Positions 16,945 to 20,341 of a stretch of DNA of 20,341 bases are shown in pieces. Positions within the stretch are counted from its first letter, which is position 1. Each line of letters begins with the position of its first letter. The notes below the pieces were generated by a model, which was not told the origin of the DNA, did not search any database, and was given only the letters and a program-made list of their open reading frames with translations. Origin of the DNA: an uncultured bacterium (GTDB taxonomy: Bacteria > Zixibacteria > MSB-5A5 > JAABVY01 > JAHJOQ01); the NCBI GenBank assembly GCA_965369655.1, contig CBDUQR010000047.1, positions 1 to 20,341 of the forward strand. Direction: 5' to 3'. The translations under genes were made by a program, and so were the position numbers.

Positions 16945-19779
16945 GTGACAGGCGACGGCGAAATTATCATCAAGGGTGCGCGCGAGCACAATCTCAAGAA
17001 CATCGATGTAGCCATTCCCCGGAACAAGTTGGTGGTAATCACCGGACTGTCCGGCTCAGGCAAATCCTCGCTGGCGTTCGATACGATCTATGCCGAGGGG
17101 CAGAGGAGATATGTAGAATCGCTCTCGGCATACGCGAGACAATTCCTCGGCCTGATGGAGAAGCCGGATGTCGATTTTATCGACGGACTTTCCCCAGCCA
17201 TATCGATAGAACAGCGCAGTTCAGCAAAGAATCCTCGCTCGACCGTCGGAACTGTGACGGAGATATACGACTATCTCCGGCTGCTTTTCGCTCGTATCGG
17301 CATTCCGCACTGTTTCAACTGCGGTGATCGCATCACGCAGCAGACATCATCGCAGATCGTGGATGCCGTGATGGCGCTTCCATTGAAGACAAGAATCCAG
17401 GTGCTTGCTCCGCTCGTTCGAGGCAGGAAAGGCGAGCACAGGGATGTACTCGATGAAGTGGTCAAAGAAGGGTTCGTTCGCGTGAGGATCGACGGCGAGG
17501 TCTACAGCACCGACGATATTCCTCCGCTCGAAAAGAAAAAGAAGCACTCGATCGAAATTGTGGTCGATCGGCTCATACGGACTGAGAAGGTTGCCAAACG
17601 GCTCGCCGACTCGATAGAGACCGCGCTGAAGCTATCGTCCGGAGTGGTTGCCATCGCCGCGACCGGTCAGAAAGAGATGATATTCTCCGAGAAGTATGCG
17701 TGTGTCAAGTGCGGCATTTCGTTCGAGGAGATGTCTCCGCGGATGTTTTCGTTCAATTCGCCGTTCGGCGCCTGTGCGGTGTGCGGTGGGCTTGGAAACA
17801 AGATGGAAATCGATCCGACGCTTGTGATACCGAATGAAAGCTTGAGCATCAGCGATGGCGCCATTCACCCGTGGGGTTCGGATATTTCCAACTGGAACAG
17901 GTTCCAGCTTCGGGGGCTTGCTGATCATTTCGGATTCAAGTTCGGCACCAAATGGAAGCTGCTTCCCGAGAAAATACGCAAGATAGTGCTGTACGGGTCC
18001 GGCAGGACAGAAATCAACTTCAAGTACGAACATACCAGCGGCAGGGGCAAAGGGGAATATGTCGGTCGATTCGAGGGGGTGATACCGAATCTCGAACGCC
18101 GCTACAAGCAGACCGAATCGCCCGGGATCAGATCATGGATAGAGCAATACATGTCGATCAAACCGTGCCCTCTGTGCGAAGGCGCAAGATTGCGGCGCGA
18201 GTCGCTGGCGGTCGTGGTTCACAGGAAGGGCATACATGACGTGACACGGATGTCGATCAAAGAAGCGAAGCAGTTCTTCGAAGAGTTGAAACCTACCAGG
18301 CGTGAGGCATTGATTGCCAGTCAGATTCTGAAAGAACTGCGGGAGAGGCTCGGCTTTCTGTCGAATGTTGGCCTCGATTACCTTACGCTCGACAGGGCGG
18401 CATCGACTCTCTCCGGCGGCGAAGCTCAGCGAATCAGACTTGCTACGCAGATCGGTTCGAGGCTCGTCGGCGTGCTCTACATCCTCGACGAACCATCGAT
18501 CGGACTGCATCAGAGAGACAACAAGATGCTTCTGGCGACTCTGACTGAATTGCGCGACCTCGGCAACACTGTGATAGTGGTCGAGCATGACAGGGAGACT
18601 ATCGAGAGCGCCGATTATGTCATCGATCTCGGCCCTGCGGCGGGCAAGAATGGCGGGGAGATAGTTGCGCAGGGAACGCCTGAACAGATCAAGCGTTCGG
18701 ATAAGTCGCTGACCGGCAAGTATCTGTCGTTGAAGATGTCGATCCCGGTACCGAGCGGCAGGATGAAAGGCAACGGGATGAAGCTCAGGCTGATCGGCGC
18801 ATCCGGGAACAACCTCAAGAATATCGATGTGTCGATTCCCCTCGGGACGTTCACGTGTGTCACCGGCGTATCGGGTTCTGGTAAATCGACCCTGATAAAT
18901 GAGACGCTGTATCCAGCTCTCGCCCGGCTTTTTTTCGGGTCGCGCCGTCCGCCTCTGCCGTACAAGAAGCTCGGTGGTGTTGAATACATCGATAAGGTGA
19001 TCGACATCGATCAATCACCCATCGGCAGGACTCCCAGATCGAATCCGGCGACCTATACCGGAACATTCACTCATATCCGTGATCTATTTGCGCAGCTTCC
19101 CGAGTCGAGAATTCGGGGTTACAAGCCCGGCAGGTTTTCGTTTAATGTTAAGGGTGGCAGATGCGAGGCTTGCCAGGGTGACGGCATAATCAAGATAGAG
19201 ATGCATTTTCTTCCCGATGTCTATGTGCCGTGCGAGGTCTGTAAGGGCAAAAGGTACAACCGCGAGACACTGGACATCACATATAAGGGCAAGAACATCG
19301 CTGACGTGCTCGACATGACGATCGACGAAGCGCTCGAATTCTTCAGCAGAATCCCCCGGCTGCAACGCAAGCTCATGACGCTGAAGCGCGTCGGACTCGG
19401 CTACATACATCTCGGACAGCAGGCGACAACTCTGTCCGGCGGCGAAGCCCAGCGCGTCAAGCTCTCATCCGAGCTTTCCAAAACCTCGACAGGCTCAACC
19501 CTGTACATTCTTGATGAACCGACGACCGGCCTGCACTTTGCGGACATCAAGATGCTCCTGACTGTGCTCAACGATCTGGTCAATCTCGGGAACACGGTAG
19601 TCGTGATCGAGCATAACCTCGATGTGATCAAAACGGCTGATTATATAATCGATCTCGGGCCGGAAGGGGGCGATGAAGGTGGTCGTGTTGTGGCAGTGGG
19701 TACGCCGGAAGAGGTAGCGAAAGACAAGTCATCCTATACCGGTCATTTCCTGAAGAAAGAGCTGGCGAAATCAACATAG
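16945..19779 (+). CDS. uvrA: Excinuclease ABC subunit A
   Basis: GAREHNLKN, two Walker A motifs ([18 protein letters not shown]), two LSGGEAQR signatures, CxxC zinc modules. GTG 16945 has a GGAG RBS; ATG 16933 is an alternative start. Confidence 0.98.
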   Translation: MTGDGEIIIKGAREHNLKNIDVAIPRNKLVVITGLSGSGKSSLAFDTIYAEGQRRYVESLSAYARQFLGLMEKPDVDFIDGLSPAISIEQRSSAKNPRSTVGTVTEIYDYLRLLFARIGIPHCFNCGDRITQQTSSQIVDAVMALPLKTRIQVLAPLVRGRKGEHRDVLDEVVKEGFVRVRIDGEVYSTDDIPPLEKKKKHSIEIVVDRLIRTEKVAKRLADSIETALKLSSGVVAIAATGQKEMIFSEKYACVKCGISFEEMSPRMFSFNSPFGACAVCGGLGNKMEIDPTLVIPNESLSISDGAIHPWGSDISNWNRFQLRGLADHFGFKFGTKWKLLPEKIRKIVLYGSGRTEINFKYEHTSGRGKGEYVGRFEGVIPNLERRYKQTESPGIRSWIEQYMSIKPCPLCEGARLRRESLAVVVHRKGIHDVTRMSIKEAKQFFEELKPTRREALIASQILKELRERLGFLSNVGLDYLTLDRAASTLSGGEAQRIRLATQIGSRLVGVLYILDEPSIGLHQRDNKMLLATLTELRDLGNTVIVVEHDRETIESADYVIDLGPAAGKNGGEIVAQGTPEQIKRSDKSLTGKYLSLKMSIPVPSGRMKGNGMKLRLIGASGNNLKNIDVSIPLGTFTCVTGVSGSGKSTLINETLYPALARLFFGSRRPPLPYKKLGGVEYIDKVIDIDQSPIGRTPRSNPATYTGTFTHIRDLFAQLPESRIRGYKPGRFSFNVKGGRCEACQGDGIIKIEMHFLPDVYVPCEVCKGKRYNRETLDITYKGKNIADVLDMTIDEALEFFSRIPRLQRKLMTLKRVGLGYIHLGQQATTLSGGEAQRVKLSSELSKTSTGSTLYILDEPTTGLHFADIKMLLTVLNDLVNLGNTVVVIEHNLDVIKTADYIIDLGPEGGDEGGRVVAVGTPEEVAKDKSSYTGHFLKKELAKST

Positions 19780-19818
19780 GAGCTTCACTTAGGCAGTACA
19801 GCGATGACCTTGCGTGAT

Positions 19819-19866
19819 GTGGGCGGCAGACGTCCTCGCAAGTCCTGAGCATCGAAGGGTCTGCCC
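19819..19866 (+). repeat. GGCAGA-family REP-like hairpin interrupted by a 21-nt insertion (family 2, copy B)
   Basis: GTGGGCGGCAGACGTCCTC[GCAAGTCCTGAGCATCGAAGG]GTCTGCCC; removing 19838-19858 restores the perfect stem GGCAGACG-TCCT-CGTCTGCC. Confidence 0.85.
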
Positions 19867-19896
19867 CATCGTTGGGATATTGTCTCTGATCGATTC

Positions 19897-20073
19897 TCAG
19901 TCTGCTTCTTTATTCTGATGTAGTCGTCCAATCAGCAGCTTCAGCTTCCCGCTGAGAATCTTGTTAACAGTTGCCGCAAACCGTTCCGGTGACAGGTGCT
20001 GCAGCAGGAGTGGGTGGAAGTACCGTTGAATGATCGGGTGACGCTCCGCATCATGTGCTTTGTCGGCCTTCAT
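19897..20073 (-). CDS. Small hypothetical protein (58 aa)
   Basis: Strong RBS GGAGGG 6 nt before ATG 20073 (MKADKAHD...); convergent with uvrA; no recognisable family. Confidence 0.55.
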   Translation of the reverse strand: MKADKAHDAERHPIIQRYFHPLLLQHLSPERFAATVNKILSGKLKLLIGRLHQNKEAD

Positions 20074-20341
20074 AACTGTCCCTCCGACAGGGTGGCGTCG
20101 CAAATCACAGGTGTCGTTGCTGCCTTCGCGCGCGCTGTCAAACGCAGCCCGAGTGCAGCGGGTCAGTCAACCCAGGTCAGGGCAAGTCGACCCAAGCGGT
20201 AAACGGGTCTCTACTTTGTATAACCGTTCAGACAAGTAGATGTTTCTGGAGACTGTGCGTGAATTGATGGAATATGTTATCCGGCGTCAGCAATGTGAAC
20301 AGCGGCTGTCGAGTATGATGCAGGCAATTCGTCCCACGATT

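Noticed and set aside
18133-19014. Long antisense ORFs (293 aa opposite uvrA; others opposite lon, clpX, tig, purA)
   Set aside because: Shadow frames of GC3-rich conserved genes with no motifs

Overview
Bacterial chromosomal window of moderate GC. The left part is a conserved minus-strand housekeeping run: tRNA-Leu(TAG)-tig-clpP-clpX-lon-engB-purA. Next is a decayed accessory patch (truncated IS3-type element, 3' fragment of a probable Clp-fold serine protease gene, excisionase-like HTH gene with a palindromic operator), then a second, LonC/LonB-like protease gene. After that come a deletion-fused aspA/fumC-family pseudogene, an AT-rich orphan membrane-protein gene bracketed by GTAG-type REP hairpins, a Ni/Co transporter-like gene, pepF, uvrA and a small orphan ORF. 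The most notable signal is in the repeats. Two families of very small sequence units (21 nt and 27-28 nt) each occur twice as clean insertions, three times inside REP hairpins and once in-frame inside a transposase ORF. Removing them restores the host hairpin or the expected protein motif. All calls come from motif recognition and manual alignment; no database search was run.
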